Source of the DNA: Sulfurimonas sp. | GTDB lineage: Bacteria; Campylobacterota; Campylobacteria; Campylobacterales; Sulfurimonadaceae | Reading direction: 5' to 3' | DNA: 64,000 bases | NCBI GenBank assembly: GCA_027448805.1 | Contig: DAIDMU010000121.1 | Coordinates: 7,736 to 71,735, forward strand | In this document: in pieces, positions 51,429 through 61,388 of the stretch | Numbering within the stretch: the first letter of the stretch is position 1 | Layout: the number at the start of each line of letters is the position of its first letter | Translations under genes and position numbers: made by a program | Notes under the pieces: generated by a model | The model's database searches: none | Seen by the model: only the letters and a program-made list of their open reading frames with translations | Told to the model about the DNA's origin: nothing

Positions 51429-51528
51429 CTCAGTTCTTCTTTTTTATTTGCCAAATTATACAAAGTTTACTTAATATTAACCTCATAAAAGGTAAAATCT
51501 CTTCTTATTTTATAATTATGGAAACCCA

Positions 51529-53790
51529 ATGAGAATATTTTTAGCAACTCTGCTAACCCTGATCGCCGTAAACTCTTTCGCATACACAATTAAATCCATT
51601 AAATACGATGGTATGGTTCAGATGTCGGAGTCTGTTGCACTAAGAATGTTGAAATTTGAAATTGGCGACAGTGTTGATGACAAAATGCTTGATGAATCAA
51701 TTAAAACATATCATAATCAGGGTTATTTTGAAGATATATGGGCCGATGTAGATGAGAATGGTGTATTGACATTTCATTTTAAAGAAAAACCGCTTATATC
51801 AAAGATAGAGTTAAAGGGATGGAAAGAGGGTGACTCTGAGGCTATGGATAGTATTATCCAGATAAAAGTGGGCGCACTCTATGATGAGAAAAAGCTTGAA
51901 GCTGCAAAAAAAAGAATTATTGAGGCGATAAATCAAGAAGCTAAAATTGACAGCGTTGTAGAGATCTCAAAAGAACTTCTTGATAATGGAAGTTACAAAG
52001 TAACATTTTTAGTCAATGAAGGCGAAGAGATAATAATAGAAGAGTTGCTGTACAGCGGAGCAGTCGGACTGGAGAGTGATGAGTTTGACGATATGATAGC
52101 CAATAAAGAGCGAGAGTTTATGGGCTGGTTTTGGGGCAGAAATGACGGAAAGATGAAGGTTGCCGATTTGGCATACGACCCTCTTAGAATCCGTGATTTA
52201 TATATGCAGCATGGATATTTGGATATTGATGTAAAAGAGCCTTTCGTAAAAGTTAATTTTGATAATTACACAGCAGAGATGAGCTATCAGATAAAAGAGG
52301 GCGAAATTTATAAAATCAGCGGGATAAGTATAGAGCAAGATAAGCATGTAATTGATGATGCCCTTGTAAGGGAGCTGATAAAACTTGAAGTCGGAGAAGC
52401 TTTTAATGTACAAACATTTCGTGATGACTCGCAAAGAATCAAAACTCTTATTGCAGATTTAAGCTACGCTTTTGTTCAGATTGTACCGGATTTGAAAAAA
52501 AATAAAGAAAAAAAAGAAGTTGAAGTTGTTTTTAAAATTATGCCAGGCGAAAAAGTAAAGATTAGAAATGTAGTTATTTCGGGCAATAGCAGAACGCTTG
52601 ACAGGATTATAAGAAGAGAGCTGTATCTTGGGCCTGGCGACATGTACTCGCTGACAGACTTGACAGATTCTAGAAATTCGCTTGGAAGACTCGGTTTTTT
52701 TGACGGAAATACTATCGAAGAGAAGAGAATTGACAGCAAGACTATGGATTTGGTTGTCAAGGTAAAAGAGGCTCCGACAGGAAATATCCAGCTAGGAGGC
52801 GGATATGGAAGTTATGGCGGATTGCTTGTAAGTGTGGCAGTTGATGATAGAAATGTTTGGGGCTCGGGTATTGATGTGGGCGTAAAGGCAGAGAGATCAT
52901 CTCTGACTTCAAACTACTCTTTTACTATATCAAATCCAAGACTTAACGACAGCGATTTTAGCGGTAACTTCTCTGTTTATACTTCCGACTACGAGTACAA
53001 CGACTACTCAGTATTATCAGATGGTTTTACAGCTGGAATCGGACACAGATTTACAAGATATATAAGCGGACATATCGGTTACGGATTTTCAGAAAATAGC
53101 TATGAAATTGACGCAAACTCTACTGATCCTAATAATCCATATTTTGAAGATTATGCAAAAAGTTCGGTTACAGTAAGTGCAAAGTTTGACAATACAGATG
53201 ATTTTTACCTTCCAAGAAAAGGTTTTATGGTAAGTCAAAGTATAGAAAAAGCAGGTGTCGGTGCAGATGCGAACTTTGTTAAAAGCAGGACAAATTTCGG
53301 CGCCTTTAAGGGGCTTGAAGAGTGGTTCGGTTTTGATCTGATTGCTAGATACAAAGCTAGACTTTTTTATGTAAAAGAGACAGGGTATCTGCCAGAAGCA
53401 GAGAAGTTTTTTATGGGCGGTATAGGAAGTGTTAGAGGTTATGAGTCATACTCTCTTGCGCCAAAAACAAAACTTGACCCTGCTGCTTCTGATGGAGTTA
53501 GAAGATACGGCGGTGAATATACGGCATCAAACAGTTTTGAGCTAAGTTTTCCTCTTGTGCCAAAAGCAAAGATGCGTTTGGTTACATATCTTGACTGGGG
53601 TATTATTGGAACCAGCGAAGAAACAACAAGTGAGTATACGGTTGAAGATATCTCTCGTGGCGGCTTCGGTGCAGGACTTGAGTGGTTCTCTCCTGTTGGA
53701 CCAATCCAGCTGATGTTCTCAAAACCTTTAGCAGAAGAAGAAGGTGACAAAACAGCCGTATTTGAATTTACAATGGGACAGAGATTTTAG
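51529..53790 (+). CDS. bamA: outer membrane protein assembly factor BamA
   Basis: POTRA repeats, GGIGSVRGY, WFSPVGP, C-terminal F. Confidence 0.96.
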   Translation: MRIFLATLLTLIAVNSFAYTIKSIKYDGMVQMSESVALRMLKFEIGDSVDDKMLDESIKTYHNQGYFEDIWADVDENGVLTFHFKEKPLISKIELKGWKEGDSEAMDSIIQIKVGALYDEKKLEAAKKRIIEAINQEAKIDSVVEISKELLDNGSYKVTFLVNEGEEIIIEELLYSGAVGLESDEFDDMIANKEREFMGWFWGRNDGKMKVADLAYDPLRIRDLYMQHGYLDIDVKEPFVKVNFDNYTAEMSYQIKEGEIYKISGISIEQDKHVIDDALVRELIKLEVGEAFNVQTFRDDSQRIKTLIADLSYAFVQIVPDLKKNKEKKEVEVVFKIMPGEKVKIRNVVISGNSRTLDRIIRRELYLGPGDMYSLTDLTDSRNSLGRLGFFDGNTIEEKRIDSKTMDLVVKVKEAPTGNIQLGGGYGSYGGLLVSVAVDDRNVWGSGIDVGVKAERSSLTSNYSFTISNPRLNDSDFSGNFSVYTSDYEYNDYSVLSDGFTAGIGHRFTRYISGHIGYGFSENSYEIDANSTDPNNPYFEDYAKSSVTVSAKFDNTDDFYLPRKGFMVSQSIEKAGVGADANFVKSRTNFGAFKGLEEWFGFDLIARYKARLFYVKETGYLPEAEKFFMGGIGSVRGYESYSLAPKTKLDPAASDGVRRYGGEYTASNSFELSFPLVPKAKMRLVTYLDWGIIGTSEETTSEYTVEDISRGGFGAGLEWFSPVGPIQLMFSKPLAEEEGDKTAVFEFTMGQRF

Positions 53791-53799
53791 AAAAAATCT

Positions 53800-54456
53800 C
53801 TATTGCAGAGTTGTCCAGTTGTTGTCGGTTTGAGAATATATCTTTAGTTTTAAAATAGTTGTGTCGTACCAAAGAGCTCCGTTTATCGGAGTTGGAGGCT
53901 CTGCATCTGAAACAATGGCGCTGTTGTACCCTCGCGTCTGTGTAGTTATCTCAGAACTCCCGTAGAGCTTAAAGTGATTTAACTCCCCCACACCTATCTC
54001 AAGCATCAGGTCATCACCCTGTGCGACGCTGTGAGTTGCATTGGTATCAAGAATCATATCCTCTCCTGAGCTAATCAGACGGCCTGCAATGTTTGCATTT
54101 GGCGAAATGGTTATATTTAAGTCTGCATAGAGCGCATTAATAGTGTTTGAAGCTCCAAGGTCAATGGTATAGTAGTGAATTCTTTTGCCCCAAGCATCAG
54201 TTCCCAAGCCTACAACTGTCGGCAAAGTATTGTCTGCTTCTTCTTTTAATAATTCAAAATATGAGTCACTCTCTACGTCCATTGCCAGATTCAACAATCT
54301 GCTTCGTATAACTTCAAGCATTGTTTTGGTGTTTTGTTGTTTAAGCATATTTGATTGGAGATGTGTGTAGTAGTTCATTGTTATAAAAACCGCAGCAACT
54401 ACTCCCGCAATAACAACGGCAATCATTGCTTCCAAGAGCAAGTAGCCGCTTCTCAT
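53800..54456 (-). CDS. minor pilin/pseudopilin, possible tip adhesin
   Basis: Class III signal MRSG|YLLLE, DAWG motif, C-terminal GALWYDT..LKIY module. Confidence 0.72.
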   Translation of the reverse strand: MRSGYLLLEAMIAVVIAGVVAAVFITMNYYTHLQSNMLKQQNTKTMLEVIRSRLLNLAMDVESDSYFELLKEEADNTLPTVVGLGTDAWGKRIHYYTIDLGASNTINALYADLNITISPNANIAGRLISSGEDMILDTNATHSVAQGDDLMLEIGVGELNHFKLYGSSEITTQTRGYNSAIVSDAEPPTPINGALWYDTTILKLKIYSQTDNNWTTLQ

Positions 54457-55499
54457 TATGAAATACCCTTCGACATATCTATCAACCCTTTTTGTATCAA
54501 AATTTGGGTCAGCACAACTGTATAAAACTCTATAAAAACGGCAAAAGCCATTAAAAACACGGAAATTACAGTAACAAGACGAAAAAATTTAGTACTCAGC
54601 CTGAGTGCGTCAGTCCTAGCACGAGAGCTAATCTCAATCATAACGGCACCAATCTGAGAGGATGAACCTGTACCTAGGAGCAGACCTTTTTCTACATCGT
54701 CATAAAGAACCGAATGAAAAATAAACTTACCGTCATTTTTGATGCTGTTTAAGCTCTCCTGAAGAGCTTTTTTAAACTTTGAAACCGACACTGTAGCTAT
54801 AGCGGAGTTAATAGCTTTTTTAAATGAGATACCGCTTTGAAGCATCTCTCCAAGAATGCTAAATAGCATAAATTTTTCAAATTTTACAATGATTCCGGAT
54901 GCAAAGGGGAGTAGAAGACCAATATTTTTAGCGACTCCCTGAATTACAAAAGAGTGGCTAAAGAGAGCGGTCAGTAAAATTATAAAATAGCCGGCGACAA
55001 CAATAAGCAGTCCAAAAAGAATATCACTCATAATTTGTGCAATAAAAAGATGGTTTCCTACAAGGGCAATAATCTCTTTGCTATACTCAGCGGCTCTCTC
55101 TACCTGATAAGGAACGGCAAAAAATTTAACACCTACTACTATCAATGAGGCTAGAGAGAAATATATAAACGGCAGTGTAGTTTTATCGTTTGACTCTCTC
55201 TCAAATTCATCTTTGACCTCAAGATAGTTTATTATTTTTCCAAGCGCAGATTTAAAGCTTACTCCATGCTCGGCCATTTTAATAAACTGCAAAACATCCA
55301 ATGAGCCTATGCGACTCTTCACTAGAGCCTCTGAAAATGTAGAACCGTCTTTTAAATCATTATATATTTTCTTATAGGTGTTGCGCTCCTTTTTTGTCTT
55401 TGCCGTAGTTGCTAAAAGATGCATGCCGCTCGAGAGATTTTTGCCGTTTTGCAGCGTAAAGTGCAATGTTTTAAGCATTGTATATAGATTAATTTTCAT
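54456..55499 (-). CDS. PilC/GspF-family inner-membrane platform protein
   Basis: DGSTFSEAL, MLQSGI; three TM regions; follows the ATPase. Confidence 0.82.
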   Translation of the reverse strand: MKINLYTMLKTLHFTLQNGKNLSSGMHLLATTAKTKKERNTYKKIYNDLKDGSTFSEALVKSRIGSLDVLQFIKMAEHGVSFKSALGKIINYLEVKDEFERESNDKTTLPFIYFSLASLIVVGVKFFAVPYQVERAAEYSKEIIALVGNHLFIAQIMSDILFGLLIVVAGYFIILLTALFSHSFVIQGVAKNIGLLLPFASGIIVKFEKFMLFSILGEMLQSGISFKKAINSAIATVSVSKFKKALQESLNSIKNDGKFIFHSVLYDDVEKGLLLGTGSSSQIGAVMIEISSRARTDALRLSTKFFRLVTVISVFLMAFAVFIEFYTVVLTQILIQKGLIDMSKGIS

Positions 55500-57051
55500 C
55501 CATATAACCCAATGAAAGAAGTTCTAGTGCCAGCGTGTCATAATCACATAGGCCCTGTTCAAAAAGGTACTGTGCTGATTGGTAGTAGCTAAATGTGATT
55601 AACTGATCCCAAGCTTTTAGTACACTGCTGTTTTTTAGGGCCATGTAGAAGCTGTATCTTGTTTTCATATCAGATGGAACAAATACCATATCTGTAAGGA
55701 GTATGCGGCCGTTGTAGCCGGTAAAATTGCACTTTATGCACCCTCTCTTTATATATCCTGAATGTTCTGATTTGAAATAAGACTTCCCTTTCTCATCCGT
55801 GTTTTTTATTTTACAGCTGCATAGTTTTAAAACAAGCCTTTGTGCTATTACTCCGCTTAATGAGTATGCCAATATGAAGAGGTCGCCGCCCTCGTCACGT
55901 ATTCGCTCTAACGCCATATAGGCATTTGTAGTATGAAGCGTTGAGAAGACCATGTGTCCGCTATGTGCAGCTTTTAGTGCAGTCGTTATGCTCTCTCTAT
56001 CGCGCATCTCACCTATTACGATAACATCAGGGTCTTGACGCATTACTGATTTTATTGCAGTTGCAAATGTAAAGCCAATATCTTCGTTTACCTGAAATTG
56101 GGTAACAAAATCTATCTTGTACTCTATTGGGTCTTCAATTGTATAGATAATTTCATGAAGTCTGTCGCGCTGAGTTATGATGGCATTAAGTGTTGTTGTC
56201 TTACCGCTTCCGGTAGGTCCGACGGTTAGAAAAAAGCCATTTTTCAGGTTTATAAAACGAAAGAGATGTTCATGCATAGGATGATGCTCTGGAAATAGTT
56301 GAATCAGAGATTTAAGGTTGTTGGATTTGTCCAAAATACGAATAACGATGTTTTCACCGTAGTGCGATGGTGCAATTTCTATACGAAAATCAACTCTGCC
56401 ATCTTCAAATTCATGAGAAAATCCTCCGCTTTGCGGAGTTTGAACATTAACTAAATCTATGTTTGATTTTTCTTTAATAATTAGAGAGAACCTTTGAGAG
56501 AGCTCAGAGTTTAGCAGATATTTTGCTTGTATTTTTCCGTTTATTCTGTATCTTAGCCAAGAAAAATCTTCATAGGCGTTTATGTGTATATCACTGATTC
56601 CATTTCTTACACCATGGTTTAGAATCATTTCTAAGAGTGAGAGAACCTCATTATCATCCGTATCAAAAGCGTTGAATTGCTTTATTCTTTTTTCAATAGC
56701 ATCTGGGTCTACCGATATAATAGCGCTAAACTTATCGTTAAATTCTCTTACGGGAATAGTGTGCTGAACAACGTTTTTGCCCAAGCGTTCTTGCAGCTCC
56801 CCAAGACGTTTTGGGCCAAGAAGCTCTTTACGCTCAATATAGAAATTTTGGGCATCTTCATCTGAAATAACTATTTCATATTTTTTAATCAAATCAAGGC
56901 TGTAAGTGCCGATGGACTCTTTTTTTTGGATAAAGTTATGTTCTATTGCAATTTGTAAAATATTTTTTTTAATACCTACGTGCTGATAGTAGTACTTCTC
57001 TTTTTTACAAATCTCTATCTGTTTAGGTGTTAAAATATTTTTTAGGTTCAT
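55489..57051 (-). CDS. PilB/GspE-family assembly ATPase
   Basis: SDIH, GPTGSGKTTT, EDPIEY, RQDPD, STLHT, Cys Zn motif. Confidence 0.92.
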   Translation of the reverse strand: MNLKNILTPKQIEICKKEKYYYQHVGIKKNILQIAIEHNFIQKKESIGTYSLDLIKKYEIVISDEDAQNFYIERKELLGPKRLGELQERLGKNVVQHTIPVREFNDKFSAIISVDPDAIEKRIKQFNAFDTDDNEVLSLLEMILNHGVRNGISDIHINAYEDFSWLRYRINGKIQAKYLLNSELSQRFSLIIKEKSNIDLVNVQTPQSGGFSHEFEDGRVDFRIEIAPSHYGENIVIRILDKSNNLKSLIQLFPEHHPMHEHLFRFINLKNGFFLTVGPTGSGKTTTLNAIITQRDRLHEIIYTIEDPIEYKIDFVTQFQVNEDIGFTFATAIKSVMRQDPDVIVIGEMRDRESITTALKAAHSGHMVFSTLHTTNAYMALERIRDEGGDLFILAYSLSGVIAQRLVLKLCSCKIKNTDEKGKSYFKSEHSGYIKRGCIKCNFTGYNGRILLTDMVFVPSDMKTRYSFYMALKNSSVLKAWDQLITFSYYQSAQYLFEQGLCDYDTLALELLSLGYMDEN

Positions 57052-57066
57052 ATTGTTTTTTAAACA

Positions 57067-57075
57067 ATTATACCA
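57067..57075 (-). promoter_or_regulatory. extended -10 sigma70 promoter of the ATPase operon
   Basis: TGGTATAAT (TGnTATAAT) 16 bp upstream of the start codon. Confidence 0.55.
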
Positions 57076-57081
57076 TTAAAT

Positions 57082-57570
57082 TTAACGAGATATATAAAAG
57101 TTTAGATAAGCCGTAGTTGCGTCATGTGTAAGCACATATTGAGTGGTCGAGTAGCTGCTTTGTAACTCTTGAAGTGCTTCGTCGTTATAGGAGCCGATAG
57201 CAGTTGCAGTGCTAAAGTAAAACTCACTTCCGCTCTGTGTAGCTCTGTAAGGCATGAACTCATTCAAAGGCGGCGGGATAAAGCCTCCTCTTCCTCCATC
57301 AAGCGAATATGGCGTAGTTGTGTTACACTCTAGTGTATTTAAAAGTGTATTGCTGGCAAGTGAGCCGTCACTCTGGGTGGGCATTATATTGCTAAGTTCT
57401 TTACACTGTAAAATTGTAGCCGTTATGATGTTTAGATGTGATGTCAATTCTGTTTTGATTTTTTCTTTTGAGAGGGTTTTGGTGTCTAGGTAGTTAAACG
57501 CAAAAATTATCATAACCCCCATGAGGGTTATGACTAAAAAGAGTTCGATAAGCGAAAACGCTTTTCTCAT
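57082..57570 (-). CDS. minor pilin
   Basis: Class III signal MRKA|FSLIELF plus hydrophobic helix; two Cys. Confidence 0.8.
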   Translation of the reverse strand: MRKAFSLIELFLVITLMGVMIIFAFNYLDTKTLSKEKIKTELTSHLNIITATILQCKELSNIMPTQSDGSLASNTLLNTLECNTTTPYSLDGGRGGFIPPPLNEFMPYRATQSGSEFYFSTATAIGSYNDEALQELQSSYSTTQYVLTHDATTAYLNFYISR

Positions 57571-58210
57571 TAATTCGGATCAACTCTTTTTACGAATACC
57601 ATGTGGTAAGTATTAGCAGCTGAAGCGTAGCAGAAAGCGTCAGTACTAAATGCAGCATTATTATAAGCTAACTTAGGTGTAGCTCCAATTGCTACTACAG
57701 CAGCGTCGGTTGCAGACAGAGACCAGCTATTCTTAAATGTATTTGTAAGAATGTTACAGTAGTCAAGCTTGTCCTGATTTGCTGAAGTGGTTGAGTCAAC
57801 TTTCGTAACAAAAGCAATATCATTATCAGCAGTAGTACCATTTAAATCTATTGTAGCAACAGCTCCAGCTTTATAACTATATAGCTCCCATCCAGTAGCA
57901 GTAACTTGCGGTATAGCATCAGGAATCTGCGTCAACTGTCTGTCTGTAACCATAGCGGCTATCGTTGCAGGTACAACACCGTTCTTTACTTCATACAAGT
58001 CGTGTGCATTTGAAAGCTGTTGAGCTTGGTCAACAATTACATAAACACGAGCTTGCTTAGCAGCAAATGAAGTATCGTAGTAAACCTTGTAGTAGTTATA
58101 ACTAATTACTCCAAGTAGTCCTAGCAATACAATCGCCATCAACATCTCAACCAGAGAGATACCTTTCTCATCCCTCTAAAACCTTTTCTTGTGTTACTTC
58201 CGTGTACCAT
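57570..58210 (-). pseudogene. probable major type IV pilin with a 1-nt frameshift in its leader (mutation or sequencing error)
   Basis: AAGGA RBS and ATG at 58210 read MVHGSNTRKGFRGMRK; G|ISLVEMLMAIVLL is in another frame; adding one A at 58164-58166 fuses them; C-terminal Cys pair. Confidence 0.7.
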
Positions 58211-58242
58211 TTTACATCCTTTATTTTGTATAAGATTAACCT

Positions 58243-58269
58243 ATATCGGCAGCTGTTATTTTAACTTTA
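58243..58269 (-). promoter_or_regulatory. sigma28 (FliA) promoter of the pilin gene
   Basis: TAAAGTTA-N11-GCCGATAT on the minus strand, 33 bp upstream of the ATG. Confidence 0.78.
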
Positions 58270-58696
58270 ATAAATATGGTTTAATTTTGATTAAGAATCC
58301 ATAATCGTTGTCGGTGCACTCTTTGCCGACGCAAGCGCTTACTAAATTTACTTCATCGTTTTTAATGATATCAAGCAATCTTTTTAAGAGAATATATGAA
58401 AAACTGTTGTGGATTGCCCCGCGAATCACGATAGTATCTTTTTGTCCTTCAGCGATGGCATCTATATTCAGTTCTTGTATGATTTGATTGTATTCAAAAA
58501 TTTTCTCATCAAGCTCCGCAGCATCTGCAAAGACTACTATTGGCTTGCCGGCGATGCGTTTTAGGTCATATAGTGATTCAACATCCCTTTTAACAAGTTT
58601 GTCTTTGTATATAATGTCCAAATAAAAGAAGTAGCTGGAGACGCTTATGGTTATGAGGATGAGAATAAAAAGGATAACGAGATTATATTGTTTCAT
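58256..58696 (-). CDS. PilO/GspM-like bitopic protein
   Basis: N-terminal TM, size and operon position; family call is inference. Confidence 0.5.
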   Translation of the reverse strand: MKQYNLVILFILILITISVSSYFFYLDIIYKDKLVKRDVESLYDLKRIAGKPIVVFADAAELDEKIFEYNQIIQELNIDAIAEGQKDTIVIRGAIHNSFSYILLKRLLDIIKNDEVNLVSACVGKECTDNDYGFLIKIKPYLLKLK

Positions 58697-59477
58697 AACA
58701 GTATTGTACTATACCTTTGAATTTATCACTGCTCTTAACTTTCATGTTTGGAGGCAGCATCATTGTAAATGAGTCTATTTGAAGAGTTTTAATCTCTACG
58801 CAGATGTTCTTTTCGCTATATTTTACCTGTTCTAAAGTGCTGTTTGTTGCCTGAGTAAGACGTTCTATATCTTCAAGAACATTAACTATATCAACTTTTT
58901 GAACAATTTTTTCAGATTTTTCAAACTCATTTTTTACTATCGTTTTGTACTCCTCGGCAAGAGACTCTTTGTTGCCCTTGTTTATATCTGTGTTTTCCAT
59001 ATAGTAAAAACCGCTGTAAAATATTGTTGTTGTAAGTAAAATAGTAAAACCAAGAGAGAGAAAGCCGGCTTTTGCTTTGCGATTGTTCTCTTCAAGATTA
59101 AAAGATATAAGTTTTACGCCATCAGCGTTATCTACAAAAGCTGTTTCATAGCCTCTCTCTTGGGCAAACTCTTTTGGCTTATCCAGTATGTAGTCAATAA
59201 TTCGTCTATATTCACATACTACGCCAACGTACTTGTAGTCAAGTTCAAATACTATTACAGTACGATTCTCGCACTCTGATACTTTCTTTAGAATATTTTC
59301 TTGTATGATTTTATCTTTTGGAAGAAATGCAACAAAATTTATACATGTAGGGGATTGTCTGATGGATATTTTCATAGCAGGCGAATCTAAATCATGTTTT
59401 GCCAGCGCATAAACACGGTCGCGAATCTTCTTGCTATTGCTAGTTGATTCGATACATCCCGCTGTGAAAATAGCCAT
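58683..59477 (-). CDS. PilM/PilN- or GspL-like bitopic protein
   Basis: Cytoplasmic N-domain, central TM, coiled periplasmic part; family call is inference. Confidence 0.5.
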   Translation of the reverse strand: MAIFTAGCIESTSNSKKIRDRVYALAKHDLDSPAMKISIRQSPTCINFVAFLPKDKIIQENILKKVSECENRTVIVFELDYKYVGVVCEYRRIIDYILDKPKEFAQERGYETAFVDNADGVKLISFNLEENNRKAKAGFLSLGFTILLTTTIFYSGFYYMENTDINKGNKESLAEEYKTIVKNEFEKSEKIVQKVDIVNVLEDIERLTQATNSTLEQVKYSEKNICVEIKTLQIDSFTMMLPPNMKVKSSDKFKGIVQYCYETI

Positions 59478-59486
59478 TTCAGCCCA

Positions 59487-60974
59487 TCACTTTATCACGT
59501 ATTTAATAACTCTGGGAGTTACAATGATTACCATTTCAGTTTTGGCGCCGCCCTCATACTCAGTTCCGCCTAGCAATCTGGCATCTGTTTTTGCAATACC
59601 TGGGATTCCTTTGTATCCTTTGTCTGATTTGTTTCTAAAAAGCCCTGATATAACTATAGGAACTCCGGGCTGAACACGCATGTTGCTCTTAATGTTTTTT
59701 GTATGTACTCTCGGCTGTGTGTATGATACGCTGTTTACCTCAAAATTGCTGTAGCCTATAATGTCGTTTATTTCAAGAGAGATATCGGTTAAAACTGTTC
59801 CATCCATTATGTTGGAGTTGAGCGTAACTCTGATACCGCTTAATGCAGAAGCGCTTACCGTAGATGTTTGAGCTCCGCTGTCACCGACAGTTGTTGTTTT
59901 TAGCTCTTTTATATATGGTTCATCAAGTCCGTCGATAAGCGTTACATCAGTTCCTGCAATCCCCAGTAATCTAGGCCTTTGAATACTCTCAACTTTGCCA
60001 AACTGTGTTAGCGCTTCTGCAATTAGTGAACCTGACATGTCAATTGTATTAAACACTGCGCCAAAACTGGCTGTTGTGCTTGTTGCACCGACAGAACCCA
60101 GAGCCGAAGATGTTTTTGAGATAAAGCCGCCGTCGCTGCTGGCTGTCGGCATAATGTTCCAGTTTATTCCAAGAGAGTAGTTGTCGGTAAGTTCTACATT
60201 GTAAATGGCAATGTCATACTCTATAACGTAAAGATTGTTTCTTAAAATCTCCAAATAATTCATGATGTCTACATACTCTTTTTCTCTTGCAGAAAATGTA
60301 ACGGATGATGTAATTGAGTCGTGTGCAACATTAAGCGCACCAAGTGTTTCAAGCGTTTTTTTCAGCTTATCTGCAAGGCCTGCAAGAGACGGTATCTTAA
60401 TGGTAGTTGTTTTTGTGTATCCAAGATAGTATGTCTCATCTTCATATCTAATACTTAGTTTGTCGCCAATCGCTTTTTTTAGCAGTCTGCCGAATCCTAT
60501 ATTTGAAGCTGAAACGTAAACTTTTGACTCACGAATCTGCGTCTCATCATAACTCTCGCTTATATTGTTTAAGTTTGCAGAATTTGTTCCGACTGTGTTT
60601 GTGGCATTGATAATGTTTGAACTGGTTAAATTGTTTGTAGTTTGAGCGGAGTTGGCTGTATTTTCTGATTGTAGCTGAAAAATTATATCTTGGTTGGTTG
60701 CTTCAGTTATTAGGGCAATTACATCATTTAGCTGCGCACCTAAGATTTTTACCTGCTTTATCTCCTCTTTGTCGGGAATATCAGTTTGCATAATATGAAA
60801 ATGCTCTGCGTTTACTTCTAAAATCTCAATTTTTGATTTTTTTAAAACAGGATTGTTGGAGCTATTTAACTCAACTCTCAACTCCTCTTTTAAAATCTCT
60901 TGCTTGTATTCGCTAGAGCATCCTGGAATCATAAAAAGTATTGTTAGAAGCAGAGCTAAATAGGTCTTGTTCAT
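59487..60974 (-). CDS. lipidated secretin (GspD/PilQ/MshL-type)
   Basis: Start MNKTYL with lipobox IPGC, SLGINW, VISGL, GIPGI, EMVIIVTPRVI. Confidence 0.88.
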   Translation of the reverse strand: MNKTYLALLLTILFMIPGCSSEYKQEILKEELRVELNSSNNPVLKKSKIEILEVNAEHFHIMQTDIPDKEEIKQVKILGAQLNDVIALITEATNQDIIFQLQSENTANSAQTTNNLTSSNIINATNTVGTNSANLNNISESYDETQIRESKVYVSASNIGFGRLLKKAIGDKLSIRYEDETYYLGYTKTTTIKIPSLAGLADKLKKTLETLGALNVAHDSITSSVTFSAREKEYVDIMNYLEILRNNLYVIEYDIAIYNVELTDNYSLGINWNIMPTASSDGGFISKTSSALGSVGATSTTASFGAVFNTIDMSGSLIAEALTQFGKVESIQRPRLLGIAGTDVTLIDGLDEPYIKELKTTTVGDSGAQTSTVSASALSGIRVTLNSNIMDGTVLTDISLEINDIIGYSNFEVNSVSYTQPRVHTKNIKSNMRVQPGVPIVISGLFRNKSDKGYKGIPGIAKTDARLLGGTEYEGGAKTEMVIIVTPRVIKYVIK

Positions 60975-60975
60975 G

Positions 60976-61353
60976 TTAGCGCACCTGCTTTTCAGAACTG
61001 AAATACACCGTTTGAGGTCTGTTGTATCTGTCATTTAGAAGAATATAGTTGCTTGTTATTTCTGTTACTTTAAAAATCTGCTCGCCTACGTATAGGGAGT
61101 CATCTATTCTTATGACAATATTTTTTCCGCTAAAACTAACCAGCGCAAATTTTCCTTTTTTGCTCTCTATAAACCCAAAATAGCCAATTTCGGCATTTTG
61201 TCTTGTTGGAGTGGGCTTTTGTTGAACAACTGTTGTTACCGCCTTAGGCGCTTCTTCTTTTGGTTTTGGTGCAGTGGCGCTGTTGAAAAAAGGGTTATAT
61301 GAAGCGTACATAAAAGTTGTAGTAATAATAAATAGTGTTAATATTTTTTTCAT
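60976..61353 (-). CDS. PilP/GspC-like periplasmic protein
   Basis: Signal peptide, YNPFF motif, GYFGFI..KFALV beta-domain; upstream of the secretin. Confidence 0.6.
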   Translation of the reverse strand: MKKILTLFIITTTFMYASYNPFFNSATAPKPKEEAPKAVTTVVQQKPTPTRQNAEIGYFGFIESKKGKFALVSFSGKNIVIRIDDSLYVGEQIFKVTEITSNYILLNDRYNRPQTVYFSSEKQVR

Positions 61354-61388
61354 ATACAAAAACCTTTAGCGCTGTTAACATATATAAT

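Noticed and set aside
60975-61034. 20-aa N-terminal extension of the secretin in the ORF track
   Set aside because: Overlaps the upstream gene; the lipoprotein signal begins at ATG 60974.
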